Positions 9,930 through 20,300 of a stretch of 64,000 bases of DNA are shown here, in pieces (the stretch's first letter is position 1; every line of letters begins with the position of its first letter). The DNA lies in NCBI GenBank assembly GCA_038214755.1, contig JBBQRQ010000006.1, forward strand, positions 26,142 through 90,141. Direction: 5' to 3'. A model generated the notes under the pieces. That model had not been told where the DNA came from. It did no database searches and saw only the letters and a program-made list of their open reading frames with translations. Made by a program: the position numbers and the translations under genes. Origin of the DNA: Verrucomicrobiota bacterium (lineage in GTDB: Bacteria; Verrucomicrobiota; Verrucomicrobiia; Limisphaerales; CANJXF01).

Positions 9930-10776
9930 CCTGAACGGGAGCGGGTTTTGGCAAAGTGTTCGCGGTCATTCGCTGCACGCCGCCGGAGACAAAAATTTTT
10001 CCATCGGCATCCGTCTTGAGCACGGGGCGAGTCGTGGTGTAGTCGTGGATTTCCTGGCGCATTACTTCGCCGTTGGGATTGATCACGCTGTAATTGAACG
10101 AGTGGCTGTAGATTTGATGGAGCACATGCAGGTTGCTGAATTTATCCACCTGCGCTTCGGGTTGGCTGAAAGAAACCATGGTGGCGATGGGAAATACACG
10201 AAAAGTAATCGTGCCCGTGGAATCAGTCAGCCGCAAATACAACCGCATCTGGCTGAGATAAACTGCCTGTTGCAAAACATATTTGCGCATTTCCGGTTGC
10301 GCATTGATCGCGGCGGTTGGAACGCCAAAATCGAATTCTTTTAATTTCGTTCCCGTGATGATGTCGAAGACGGCCGGGCGGCTGGTGATTTCTTTGCTCC
10401 ATTGTGGAATTTTCATGCTGGCCGTCACCTGATAACGCCCCGGCTGGCGAAAATCAAAATGCGGAGTCAGGTTCACGCGTTTGGTGCCGGTCTCCGACGA
10501 CTCGAGAGAAAATTCACCCGTGACCGGCACGTCGCTCAATTGGTTAACAACATAGTGATCGCGCGACTCGACGGTGAAAGTGAGCCAATCATTTTCTTTT
10601 CCAAACCCGAGAGTTTGCCCGGAGCGATTAGTGATTCGCACCGCCAGGCGAACATCTTCGTTGGACAAAAATTGATCCTGATCGAGCGAGAGCGCGATGG
10701 AGACCGCGTTGACTTGCGCCTGAATTGCGGGCACCGCTGTCATCCACAAAATCAGGATGAACGAAAATATTTTCAT
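9910..10776 (-). CDS. Exported hypothetical protein
   Basis: 288-aa ORF with signal peptide, overlapping the downstream gene in an operon. Confidence 0.75.
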   Translation of the reverse strand: MKIFSFILILWMTAVPAIQAQVNAVSIALSLDQDQFLSNEDVRLAVRITNRSGQTLGFGKENDWLTFTVESRDHYVVNQLSDVPVTGEFSLESSETGTKRVNLTPHFDFRQPGRYQVTASMKIPQWSKEITSRPAVFDIITGTKLKEFDFGVPTAAINAQPEMRKYVLQQAVYLSQMRLYLRLTDSTGTITFRVFPIATMVSFSQPEAQVDKFSNLHVLHQIYSHSFNYSVINPNGEVMRQEIHDYTTTRPVLKTDADGKIFVSGGVQRMTANTLPKPAPVQDAPPKK

Positions 10777-10849
10777 CGGACGAGTTTAGTGTTCAACCGC
10801 TGACGAGCAAGCCGCAAAACCGTAACTGGTTTCATAAGTTCGAGGGCCC

Positions 10850-10914
10850 GTAGCCACCGACGTGAGGAGGCGGAGTTGCCGGTGTGAAATCCGCCTCCTC
10901 ACGGCGGCGGCTAC
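10850..10914. repeat. REP-like doublet (GTAGCCGCCGACGTGAGGAGGCGG family)
   Basis: Inverted pair; copies at 14971/15167, 32666, 49001. Confidence 0.8.
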
Positions 10915-11942
10915 AATTTTCGTCTGCGAATTTCCGCGCCGACGAACTGCGGCGTGATCGCGCGCAAGCATTCCATCGGCTTCGGGTACGCGCAAAAATC
11001 TTTCAGGCACGGGCTGCATGGTAACTTGATGCGCAGAGCATGATCGAGTTGTCCATACGGCCCGGTGCGTCGCGGATCAGTCGGCCCAAACATCGCAACC
11101 ACAGGTTTTTTTAAAGCGGCGGCAACATGCATCGGTCCAGTGTCGTTCGTGACGATGAACTCGCTGCGGCGAATCCACTCGACCATTTCGAGCAAAGAAG
11201 TTTGGCCGGTTAAATTCAAACAACGATTCGGTTCGGCGCGCGAAATAATTTCACCAAGAGGCTGGTCATCTTTTCCTCCGAGAATGACGAATCGAGCGCC
11301 GTCATTTTTCGCGGCCAACTCCTGAACAAGCTGCGCAAAATATTCTGCCGGCCAGCGTTTGTTGACCCAGCGCGCGCCGGGGTTGACCGCGATCCAGCGC
11401 GCGCGTTCGCCGGCCATTTTTTCAACGGCATTTTTGGTTGCGGCGTGCGCCGGAAGCCACTCGAAATTTTCATGGATTGGAACATCCAAGATTTTCAACA
11501 CTCGGAGATACCAATCAACGGCGTGGGTTTGAAACGACGGACGCGCCACGGCGATGTCGTAAAAGCCCGACGCTCCCTCCCGCAAGTCAGCCACACCGAC
11601 GGTCAATTTTCCATTCGCCAGCCACGCGAACGCGCCGCTGCGCGCCAGGCCCTGCAAATCGATCACCAGATCAAATTTTTTTGCTCGCATCGCCAAAATA
11701 CTTTTGAGCATATCGATCCACTCCAATGGCGACGACCACCGGCGACGGTGAAAAATAAAGAGACCGCGCAGGTCAGGATCGTGTTCGAGCAACGGAGCTA
11801 AATTGGAACGGACCCACCAATAAATTTCGCTCGCCGGATAATGCAATTTGAGCAGGCGCAAAACGGGCAAGGCCTGAATCACGTCGCCGAGGGAACTGGG
11901 TTTGAGGATAAGTATTTTCAAAAACGGTCTCAGGCATCTCAC
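10911..11942 (-). CDS. Glycosyltransferase family 9 (LPS heptosyltransferase-like)
   Basis: KPSSLGDV, DLQGLARS, NPGARWVNKRWP, TNDTGPMHVAAAL, FGPTDP. Confidence 0.93.
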   Translation of the reverse strand: MRCLRPFLKILILKPSSLGDVIQALPVLRLLKLHYPASEIYWWVRSNLAPLLEHDPDLRGLFIFHRRRWSSPLEWIDMLKSILAMRAKKFDLVIDLQGLARSGAFAWLANGKLTVGVADLREGASGFYDIAVARPSFQTHAVDWYLRVLKILDVPIHENFEWLPAHAATKNAVEKMAGERARWIAVNPGARWVNKRWPAEYFAQLVQELAAKNDGARFVILGGKDDQPLGEIISRAEPNRCLNLTGQTSLLEMVEWIRRSEFIVTNDTGPMHVAAALKKPVVAMFGPTDPRRTGPYGQLDHALRIKLPCSPCLKDFCAYPKPMECLRAITPQFVGAEIRRRKL

Positions 11943-12253
11943 TCTCCCGGATAGATATGTTGGACCTTTCCATCGTCGGTAATCTCAACGGTGCAAAAGC
12001 CACCGGGCATTTTCGGCTCCCTCCAAACAGTGACCCACCACTCGTGCCCGTCTCGCGATGCTTCGAATGAAACCTCGTCTTTTCTAAAATTCGCGTTGGA
12101 GGAAACTGCCAGCCAGGCAATCTCGATGGCCTTTTTTTTATCGAGTTGTGGCAAAGACGCCGCCAGTTGATCCCGCTTTAGCGAGGTGTCCGAGGATTGT
12201 TTTGTGCAACCGACACAGACTAAAAAGACAAAAAAGAAAACTACGCGATGCAT
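11939..12253 (-). CDS. Small putative lipoprotein
   Basis: Lipobox-like CVGC after a hydrophobic stretch; 4-bp overlap with the next gene. Confidence 0.65.
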   Translation of the reverse strand: MHRVVFFFVFLVCVGCTKQSSDTSLKRDQLAASLPQLDKKKAIEIAWLAVSSNANFRKDEVSFEASRDGHEWWVTVWREPKMPGGFCTVEITDDGKVQHIYPGE

Positions 12254-12275
12254 GATTTCGAGGAGAAACGATCCG

Positions 12276-12998
12276 TTACTTGCCTACCGCAAGCCGTTCA
12301 GCCAGACGAGGCGGCAGGCCTGCATCCAGAATTTTTTTCTGCGCGCCGGCAATATCATAATCGAGTTTGCGCAATTCAATCGAGCCTTCATCCATGTCGT
12401 ACACGACGTATTTCGCTTTCGGATCGCCATCGCGCGGCTGTCCCACGCTGCCGACGTTAACAAAATATTTTCGGCCCGGTTCAACTTTGAATTTTGAATA
12501 AGTCCCTCCGCGCACGACGCTGTCACGGATAAAAGCCAGCGGCACATGCGTGTGCCCGAAAAAACAAACGGCCGTGTTTTGATAGGTGAAACTGGCGGCG
12601 GCCATCAATTTGTCGAAGACGTAGCCCCAGCGTTGCGGAACATCGAGCGTCGCGTGAACGATGGTAAAACTGGAAACGAGTCGAAGATATTTCAACTCGC
12701 GCAACCATTTGCGATCCTCCTCCGGCAATTGCTGGCGCGTCCAATTCACGGCGGCGGCGGCGTGCGGATTGAAGCCTTCAAGATTTTCGTCGGAGGAACA
12801 ATATTCATCGTGATTGCCTTTGACGCAGGGAATGTTCATGTCGCGAACCATATCCAGGCATTCCTTGGGACTCGCGTTGTATCCGACGACATCGCCGAGA
12901 CAGGCCACGTGCGTGCATTTTTGGGCCTTGATGTCGTCGAGCACGACTTTGAACGCCTCAAGATTGGCGTGGATGTCGGCGATGATGGCGTACTTCAT
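12276..12998 (-). CDS. Metallophosphoesterase (YfcE/calcineurin-like)
   Basis: DIHAN, GDVVGY, GNHD, GHTH, NVGSVGQPRDGD. Confidence 0.95.
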   Translation of the reverse strand: MKYAIIADIHANLEAFKVVLDDIKAQKCTHVACLGDVVGYNASPKECLDMVRDMNIPCVKGNHDEYCSSDENLEGFNPHAAAAVNWTRQQLPEEDRKWLRELKYLRLVSSFTIVHATLDVPQRWGYVFDKLMAAASFTYQNTAVCFFGHTHVPLAFIRDSVVRGGTYSKFKVEPGRKYFVNVGSVGQPRDGDPKAKYVVYDMDEGSIELRKLDYDIAGAQKKILDAGLPPRLAERLAVGK

Positions 12999-13010
12999 TC
13001 AGTTTCCAGT

Positions 13011-13289
13011 CTAACTAGTAATTTCAAAACCGCGAAATTCATTTTTTGCTTCTGACCACGACACTGTTTCGTTACGAATGAAACGGCCAATTTCCGAATC
13101 CTGGATGGCCCGTTGAAAACTTTCCAACTCCTCTTTCGCTCCTTCTGCGATTAATTCAACGCGGCTGTCCTCCAAATTTCGGATTGCTCCCGTCACGTCA
13201 AATCCCGTCGCGACCGATTTCACCGCGTAACGAAATCCAACATTTTGCACTCGGCCGGAATAAAAAATCTTCATCTGCTCCCGCTTCAT
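13011..13289 (-). CDS. acyP: Acylphosphatase
   Basis: GRVQNVGFR, IRNLEDSRVE. Confidence 0.92.
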   Translation of the reverse strand: MKREQMKIFYSGRVQNVGFRYAVKSVATGFDVTGAIRNLEDSRVELIAEGAKEELESFQRAIQDSEIGRFIRNETVSWSEAKNEFRGFEITS

Positions 13290-13379
13290 ACGCCCTTATC
13301 GCATCGCGAAATAAAGCCACAACCGCGTTTGCTCGCGCAACGAATTTGTTTTGAGAAGCAAGAGTCGCGACAACGCAAC

Positions 13380-13531
13380 GTAGCGCAGGATTGCATCCTG
13401 CCGTATCGCAGGTTTTCAACCTGCGAGATGCCCTCAGAATCGGGGACTTTCGAATGCTAAAAGGCTTTCTCTACTTGCGACGTTCAGCCGGTTTCAAACC
13501 GGCGATACAGCAGGATGCAATCCTGCGCTAC
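13380..13531. repeat. REP-like element (GTAGCGCAG family)
   Basis: GTAGCGCAGGATTGCATCCTG / CAGGATGCAATCCTGCGCTAC perfect inverted arms. Confidence 0.85.
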
Positions 13532-13565
13532 GATTGCCTCCGCAAAAATTTCCAGCCTGCAAATT

Positions 13566-14723
13566 TCATCGCTCCAATTCCTGTGATCGACCGAGTTGAT
13601 GAAATAATTGCTGAACGAACGCAACGTTATCGCATTGGAGATAGCGCATCGCGCCGCCCATGCGTGAGTAACTTTTGCAAAAGCGCAGGTAGTAGGCCGG
13701 GTTGTCCTTTGGCGGTTCGCCCTTCGTCCAGTCCCAATTCCCGCCGTCCTGCAAATCGACCACGTAAATGGTGTGATCGCGCACGATTTTTTTCCCCGCT
13801 TGAATGCGCAAATTATTCACGCACGAAATGCTTTTTTCAAAAACTTGCGGGCCCATGATCGCCGAGCCGATCGAGAGCACCACGCCGCCGTCAAGATTTT
13901 CCACCGCGCCACCGAATTTTCTAAAATCAATGGTAGCCGCGCGGCCAATGACCGCGCCGTTGAACATCGGATGATTCGAAATGATATCGTAACCGATGCC
14001 GGGATGGACGGTGAGTGGAATTTTATTTTTCCAGGCATTGGCGAGGACAGAACTATTTTTCCAGGGATGTTTTATTTCGTGGCGGCCTGTGGCGAGATGG
14101 TGGACGCGCATCGCCTGCAACAAATCTGCGCGCGCCGGAGAAAGCGGATGCGACGGTTCGTCTCGCAAAAATTTTTCCAGGGACTCAATCGAGGGAAGAT
14201 CGATGCCATCTTCTGAAATAAATTTGCCAAGACTTTCGCCGTAACCCATCGGAACGCCGATCTCCTGATCGGCCAGTTTCGAGTCCTGGAGCGCACCACC
14301 CAGTAGCGAGAGATGAATATTGCGCCCCGTCTCGTCCCACGTTCCGAAAGTCCCCGTCGCGACATTTTTTTCCACGCTTTCAGTGGAGCGACCCAGAAAG
14401 GCAAATTCCCAATCGTGGATCGTGCCCGCGCCATTGGTGGCAAGATGCGTGACCCAACCGCGCTCCATCAATTCGATGAGAATTTTTTGTCCGCCATTTT
14501 TCAACAAGTGCGCGCCGTAAATCAGCATCACGCTGGCGTCACGATGCCGGGCCGCCCGAATTTTTTCGGCGCACTCCCTGATCGATTTTAAATTTTCCGG
14601 CGAGCAAGGAGGCAACGGTGCGTCCGGCGGTACCACAATTTCTTCGATGCGCGATTCACTACGACGTTCCGCTAATGGAAAAACTTTTAATTTGGTCAAA
14701 TCCAGTGGGGCGAGGCGTTTCAT
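13566..14723 (-). CDS. Conserved hypothetical protein, deoxyhypusine-synthase-like fold
   Basis: GAHLLKNG, LATNGAGTIHDWE, TVHPGIGYDI, SIGSAIMGPQVFEK; ATG at 14723 preferred. Confidence 0.65.
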   Translation of the reverse strand: MKRLAPLDLTKLKVFPLAERRSESRIEEIVVPPDAPLPPCSPENLKSIRECAEKIRAARHRDASVMLIYGAHLLKNGGQKILIELMERGWVTHLATNGAGTIHDWEFAFLGRSTESVEKNVATGTFGTWDETGRNIHLSLLGGALQDSKLADQEIGVPMGYGESLGKFISEDGIDLPSIESLEKFLRDEPSHPLSPARADLLQAMRVHHLATGRHEIKHPWKNSSVLANAWKNKIPLTVHPGIGYDIISNHPMFNGAVIGRAATIDFRKFGGAVENLDGGVVLSIGSAIMGPQVFEKSISCVNNLRIQAGKKIVRDHTIYVVDLQDGGNWDWTKGEPPKDNPAYYLRFCKSYSRMGGAMRYLQCDNVAFVQQLFHQLGRSQELER

Positions 14724-14787
14724 TTTTCCATCGCAAGAATGGCGCGAAAAGTTTTTCTCGCCAGCAAAAATCATTTGCGAACCGAGA

Positions 14788-15349
14788 GGAGCGCGGACGT
14801 TCTTCGTCCGCGTGAATCCACACTAAGCCGAAAGGATTCAGTTGGACAAACGGCTCGCCCTCACCCCCACCCTCTCCCCCGAGGAGAGGGAACCCGCAAT
14901 CAGCACACGCAATCGGTCACTCAAAGGGAACTCTTCCAGCGCTGTATAACATTCCCCCCCATGAACCCTTGTAGCCGCCGACGTGAGGAGGCGGAACCTT
15001 GCCTGGCCCGCATTTCTCACCGTAAGGCTGAATACGACAGGAGCGCGGCATTTATGCCGCTTCAACTGTCGAACTGGAAAAATCTGTTCCACCGCTGGCT
15101 GCCCAGCGACGACGAAGCGGCATAAATGCCGCGCTCCGGCGAGCAATGCGGGCTAGCAGCCCAAATCCGCCTCCTAACGTCGGCGGCTACGGTTCAGGGG
15201 TTCAATGCGCGAAATTTTCGTTCGGGGAAATCTCTCCTTGGAGGAAAGGCACGAGGTGAGGTCGAGCGTTGCTTTGCGCTTAATCGTTCCGGCTAACCGC
15301 CGATTCTCCCGGTGAGAATGGAACTCGCGGACGAGAACGTCCGCGCTCC
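14788..15349. repeat. Nested multi-family REP cluster
   Basis: Six concentric inverted-repeat pairs (see findings). Confidence 0.88.
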
Positions 15350-15420
15350 CATGTTTTCCCCAGGGAAAATTTCCCCACCCAGACTTGTCTGGAAATTTTT
15401 TTGGCGGAATATCCCGGCTC

Positions 15421-17076
15421 ATGCAGACAATCGTCATTGGCCATCGCAACCCGGACATGGACTCCATTTGCTCGGCGTTGGGTTATGCCCGCCTCAAACA
15501 ATTGCTGGGAATGCGAGACGTGATCGCCGCGCGCGCCGGCAACACCAATGCGCGAATCGATTTTGTTCTGCAAAAATTCCACGTCGAGCCGCCCATTTTT
15601 TTGAGCGACGTTTCCCCGCGCGTCAGCGACGTGATGAAACGCGACGTGGTTTCTGTCCGGGCTGATTCCGCGATTTACGACGCCGTTCTTTTGATCGAAC
15701 AAAAACAATTGCGCGGTCTGCCCGTGACCGACGAAAACAATCGCTGCCTCGGTCTGCTCTCCTCCTCGAAAATCAGTCATCACCTTTTTCCGGCCCGCGA
15801 AGAAGCGGCCAACGCCAGAGTGATCGTCGCGTCACTGGCCAGCATTGTCGCCACCTTCGGCGGAAAAGTTTTGACGGGCGAACTTCCCACCGAGCCGACC
15901 GAGCAAGTTCTGATGATCGGCGCGATGAATGCCGACACCTTTTCAAAACGATTGCAGCTTCATCATCCCGAAAAAGTTTTGGTCATCGTCGGCGACCGCG
16001 ATGACATTCAAATGCGCGCCATCGATTCCAAAGTGCGCGCGATCATCATCACCGGCGGTTTGGAAATTTTGGGAACGGTCAAGCGCGCGGCCAAAGAAGC
16101 CGGCGTGACCATCATCAGTTCTCCGCACGACAGCGCCACGACCGTTTTGCTGGCGCGCGGTGCGGTGCGGGCCGACCAAATGGTGGGCGCGGATTTCACG
16201 AGCTTCCATCCCGACACGCTGCTGGAAGTGGCGCGCGAACAAGTGGCGAATTTGCCCGCTTATTTATTTCCCATTATCACCGAGGACGGCGCGATGGTCG
16301 GCGTTTTGTCCAAAAGCGATTTCATCAAGCCGGTGCCGCGGCGGTTGATCCTTGTCGATCACAACGAAGTTGCACACGCCGTTTCGGGCGCGGACAAAAT
16401 TTCCATCATCGAAATTCTCGACCATCATCGCCTCGGCGGATTCACCAGCGAATCGCCCATTCATTTTTGGAACAATCCGGTCGGCTCAACCAGCACCATC
16501 GTCGCGCTTTGCTATCAACAAATGAGCGTGCCGATTCCGCCGGACATTGCCGGGTTGCTCATGGCCGGGTTAATTTCCGACACGCTCAATCTTTCTTCTC
16601 CCACGGCAACGCAAGTGGACAAAGACGTTCTCGAACATCTCTCGAAAATCGCTAAAACCGATCCGACGAAATTGGCCAAGGAGATTTTCGCAGTCGGTTC
16701 GCCGTTGCTGACCATGACCCCGCGACAAGTCATCACGGCGGATTGCAAAGAGTATGAAGAAGTTGGCAAGCGCTTCACCGTCTCGCAGATCGAGGAGTTG
16801 AGCTTCTCGCATTTGCCGGAAAAACAAGCCGCGCTGATCGAAGCGCTCGACCGCCATTGCCGCAACAAAGATTTATTTTTCGCCGCGTTGCTCGTGACCG
16901 ACATCAACACCCAGAATTCCCTCCTGCTCGTGTGCGGCGCGCCGGAATTTTTGCAGCGAATAAATTTCCCATCGCACGGCCCGCATGTTTGGGAACTGCC
17001 CGGAGTCGTTTCGCGCAAGAAACAATTATTGCCTTACCTGTTGCAATGTCTTTCCGGCATCGTGCGAGCTGGGTAA
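15421..17076 (+). CDS. ppaC: Mn-dependent inorganic pyrophosphatase, family II with CBS and DRTGG domains
   Basis: GHRNPDMDSICSA, CBS pair, VGDRDD, LVDHNE, ILDHH, PVGSTSTI, ISDTL, VVSRKKQ. Confidence 0.95.
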   Translation: MQTIVIGHRNPDMDSICSALGYARLKQLLGMRDVIAARAGNTNARIDFVLQKFHVEPPIFLSDVSPRVSDVMKRDVVSVRADSAIYDAVLLIEQKQLRGLPVTDENNRCLGLLSSSKISHHLFPAREEAANARVIVASLASIVATFGGKVLTGELPTEPTEQVLMIGAMNADTFSKRLQLHHPEKVLVIVGDRDDIQMRAIDSKVRAIIITGGLEILGTVKRAAKEAGVTIISSPHDSATTVLLARGAVRADQMVGADFTSFHPDTLLEVAREQVANLPAYLFPIITEDGAMVGVLSKSDFIKPVPRRLILVDHNEVAHAVSGADKISIIEILDHHRLGGFTSESPIHFWNNPVGSTSTIVALCYQQMSVPIPPDIAGLLMAGLISDTLNLSSPTATQVDKDVLEHLSKIAKTDPTKLAKEIFAVGSPLLTMTPRQVITADCKEYEEVGKRFTVSQIEELSFSHLPEKQAALIEALDRHCRNKDLFFAALLVTDINTQNSLLLVCGAPEFLQRINFPSHGPHVWELPGVVSRKKQLLPYLLQCLSGIVRAG

Positions 17077-17161
17077 TTCCAACTCATAATTTTCAAAACG
17101 GACGCGTGCGGTTACATCTGGCAATCGCCGATGGCTATCAGCTACGTTCCTCAGTCAAAAA

Positions 17162-17191
17162 AAACCGGCGAACGAGTCGCCGGTTTAATTT
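17162..17191. terminator. Hairpin, probable bidirectional intrinsic terminator after ppaC
   Basis: AAACCGGCGA-ACGAG-TCGCCGGTTT with an A-run on the left and an AT-rich tail on the right. Confidence 0.65.
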
Positions 17192-17267
17192 AAGAAACGC
17201 TTTTGTTACTTTCGTAACGAACTGGTGTAAACGCATGGCGCTTAGATTTTCCAGCTTGCGTTATCTA

Positions 17268-17303
17268 ACTTTGTCTTGATTCCAATTTAGACAGGCAGAA
17301 CCT
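17268..17303 (+). CRISPR. Orphan degenerate CRISPR repeat in the cas9 leader (crRNA orientation)
   Basis: ACTTTGTCTTGATTCCAATT matches 18/20 of the crRNA-sense repeat 5' part GCTTTGCCTTGATTCCAATT. Confidence 0.85.
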
Positions 17304-17317
17304 ACCGATTCCACACC

Positions 17318-20300
17318 ATGAGCGCCAAGCAAAAAATTTCTCTCGCAACTAACCCTGCCGATTTGCAACTCGCGTTTGATGTCGGTCACAGTTCCATCGG
17401 CTGGGGCGTGCTTCAAGCGGCGGGGCGAGAATCTTCGCAAGCCAAACTTTCTCCGGCTCTTTCCATCAATATTCTCGGCTGCGGTGCGGTAACATATCGT
17501 GCAGATGATTGCCTTGCCAGCGCACGGCGTGGCTACCGCCGTCAGCGCCGACACATCCGCTCCACGCGCCAGCGCATTGCCCGAATGAAAATTCTACTGA
17601 AACATCTCGGAACGTTGAGTGAAAAAGAATTGAATGCGCCCGGTTGCGCATGGCCGTGGCTGTTGGCCTCGCAGGTTTTAAGCAAAGGAAAATTGCTCAC
17701 ATGGCCGGAACTTTGGGATGTGCTGCGTTGGTATTCGCACAATCGTGGCTACGATGGAAATCGGCGTTGGAGTGCCGTCGAGGTCGAGGCGCAAAAAGAA
17801 GATTCGGAGAAAGAGGAAAACGCTCGAACATTGATGGGCAAGCATGGCACGCAGAGCATGGCAGAAACATTCTGCAAAGAACTTGGCGTCGATCTGTCCG
17901 GTAAAAAGAAATCTTCCATGAAGCGTTTCAAAGGTTTGAACGCGGCTTTCCCACGCGAAATCGTGGAAGGTGAAGTTCAAAAAATCCTACGCGCGCACTT
18001 TGGCAAATTAAAAGACGTGGATGTAAATCTCGAAAAGGTCTTGTTCACTGATTGGCGGGCGGTCCTCTGCTCTGATTTGAAGCTTCCCAACCGTTACCAA
18101 GGGGGTTTGCTTTTCGGACAACTTGTTCCGCGTTTTGACAACCGCATCATTTCCATTTGTCCGATCAGCGGAGGGAAAGTTCCATCCCGCAATTGTCCGG
18201 AGTTTCTGAATTTCCGATGGGCGATGCAATTGGCGAATGTTCAAGTCGCGCGATTTGGCGAGCAAAAACTTTCATGCCTCACTGCCAAAGAGCGTGTTGA
18301 ACTCGACAAACAGATGCGCGCCGTCGGCAGCATGACCGCGGAACAGTTCAAGAAAGCCGTGCGCGCCACCACCAGCGCGATTCGTGACAATCTGGACACG
18401 ATGCTCATGCACCCTGACGCCAAGGAAGCCTTGTTGCTTGATCCGATCCAAAAGCTCGTTTGCTCCGACGACCTCGAATCATTTTGGATACTGCTCCCAG
18501 TGCGTTTGCAAAAACGACTGCGCGGGCAATGCCGGCGCGGGAAAGTTTTTTCTCTCTCTCAAATTCGCGCGCAACTGGAATCACTCGGCGATGTCAGCGG
18601 GTTTGACATGGAATTGCAAAGCCAACTAGATGCCCGCAACACCAAAGGGAAAAAGAAAGACAAGCAAGTAACTCAGGAGGAACTGCTGCAACGTCACTTC
18701 CCGTCCAAGCCAATCAGACTGGATGGCCGCGCTGCTTTTGCCCGGCATTTACTTAAACAGGCTTATCAGGAAGTCCTTGCCGGCAAACATCCCAAAGAAG
18801 AAGGTGGTTGTCTATTCATCACCGAGGAAATTCGGCAAAAGCAGATGAACCGCGAGATTGCGGAGCAGACAAACAATCATCTTGTCCGCCATCGGCTTTT
18901 GATTTTGGAACGATTGCTCGGTGACATCATCAAGGAATACGCCACGGGCGACAAAAAGCGCATCGGCAAAATCACCATCGAAGTGAATCGCGACTTGCGG
19001 GAGATGTCAGGCAAGACGGCAAAAGCGAAAGCGCAGGACTTGGGATTACGCATCGCAAATCATCACGCAGTTACGGAGAAATTGGAAAAGGCCTTTGATG
19101 GACAACGTTTCAATGGCAAACCGATTCGCATTGGATACGGACTGATTAAAATGGGGCGTGTCGCCGAAGACCTCGGCTGGCTTTGTCCTTACACCGGCCA
19201 ACGGTTTGAACCGATTGATCTCGTGTCGCGGCGCGTGGACAAGGACCACATTATTCCGCGTTCAAGTCGTCCGTCCGATTCCTTGGATTCTCTCGTCATC
19301 ACCTATTCAGCCATCAATAAATGGAAAGGCAATCGCACGGCATGGCAGTTTGTTGAACAGGAACAAGGGAAGCCAATTCCCGATCTCCCAAATCTTTCCG
19401 TCATGACTTTAACCCGCTTCAAACAATTCGTTGAGGGTCTTGAAACATACAAAGGCCACGACGATGACAAGCGCCGGAAGAAGCGTCGGAAAGATTTAAT
19501 GCTGCTTCCGAAATATGAGGAAAAAGAATTTGTTCCGCGAGACCTGACGCAGACTTCGCAGCTTGTTCGGCTCGGCGCACAAGTGCTGAAGCGCGCGTTT
19601 GCCGATTGCAAAGAAAAACCCATTGTTGTTTCTCTGCCTGGCTCGGTCACAGGCGCAGTTCGCAAATCATGGAAGGTTCTTGGCTGCCTGGCTCTCGCCA
19701 ATCCGCAAGTGCTCGATGAAAACGGCGAAGTAAAAAATAAGACCGACATTCGCGAAATCACGCATCTGCATCACGCGCTGGATGCGTGTGTGCTTGGATT
19801 GGCTTCACATTTCATTCCGAACAACGGTCGGGTTTGGGAATTGATCGTAAGACGCAACTTGAGAGACGAAGAGCAAAAAGAACTCATGCCGCTTGGCGTG
19901 TTCGGCTTTGGCGTTGAGAAACGTTTTGGTCTTCGCGATTTAGATGACAAATTAAAAGAACAAATTTGCCAACGGCTCGCGGAGAAGCGCGTCGTGCAGC
20001 ATATCCCCGCGCGCATGGACGGTTTACATGTCGAGCAAAACACTTGGGGGGTGGTAGCTAAAAATCAAGATGGCACCGTGCTGCTTCGCCAGCGAATTCG
20101 CCAAGCGGACGGTTCACGGAAGAAGAAAGAGGTGCCTGAGAAAAAAATAAAATTACTCGGGTTTGCGCCTTCAAAAGGTGTTGGAAAGCTTGCGACTAAC
20201 AAGGGCGTGCTTGTCATCCCTGACAACTACGGTGTTGCCATTCTCGACCACGCGAAGGATGAAAAGGATAGATTTGTCATCATCCCTTGGCACATGGTTT

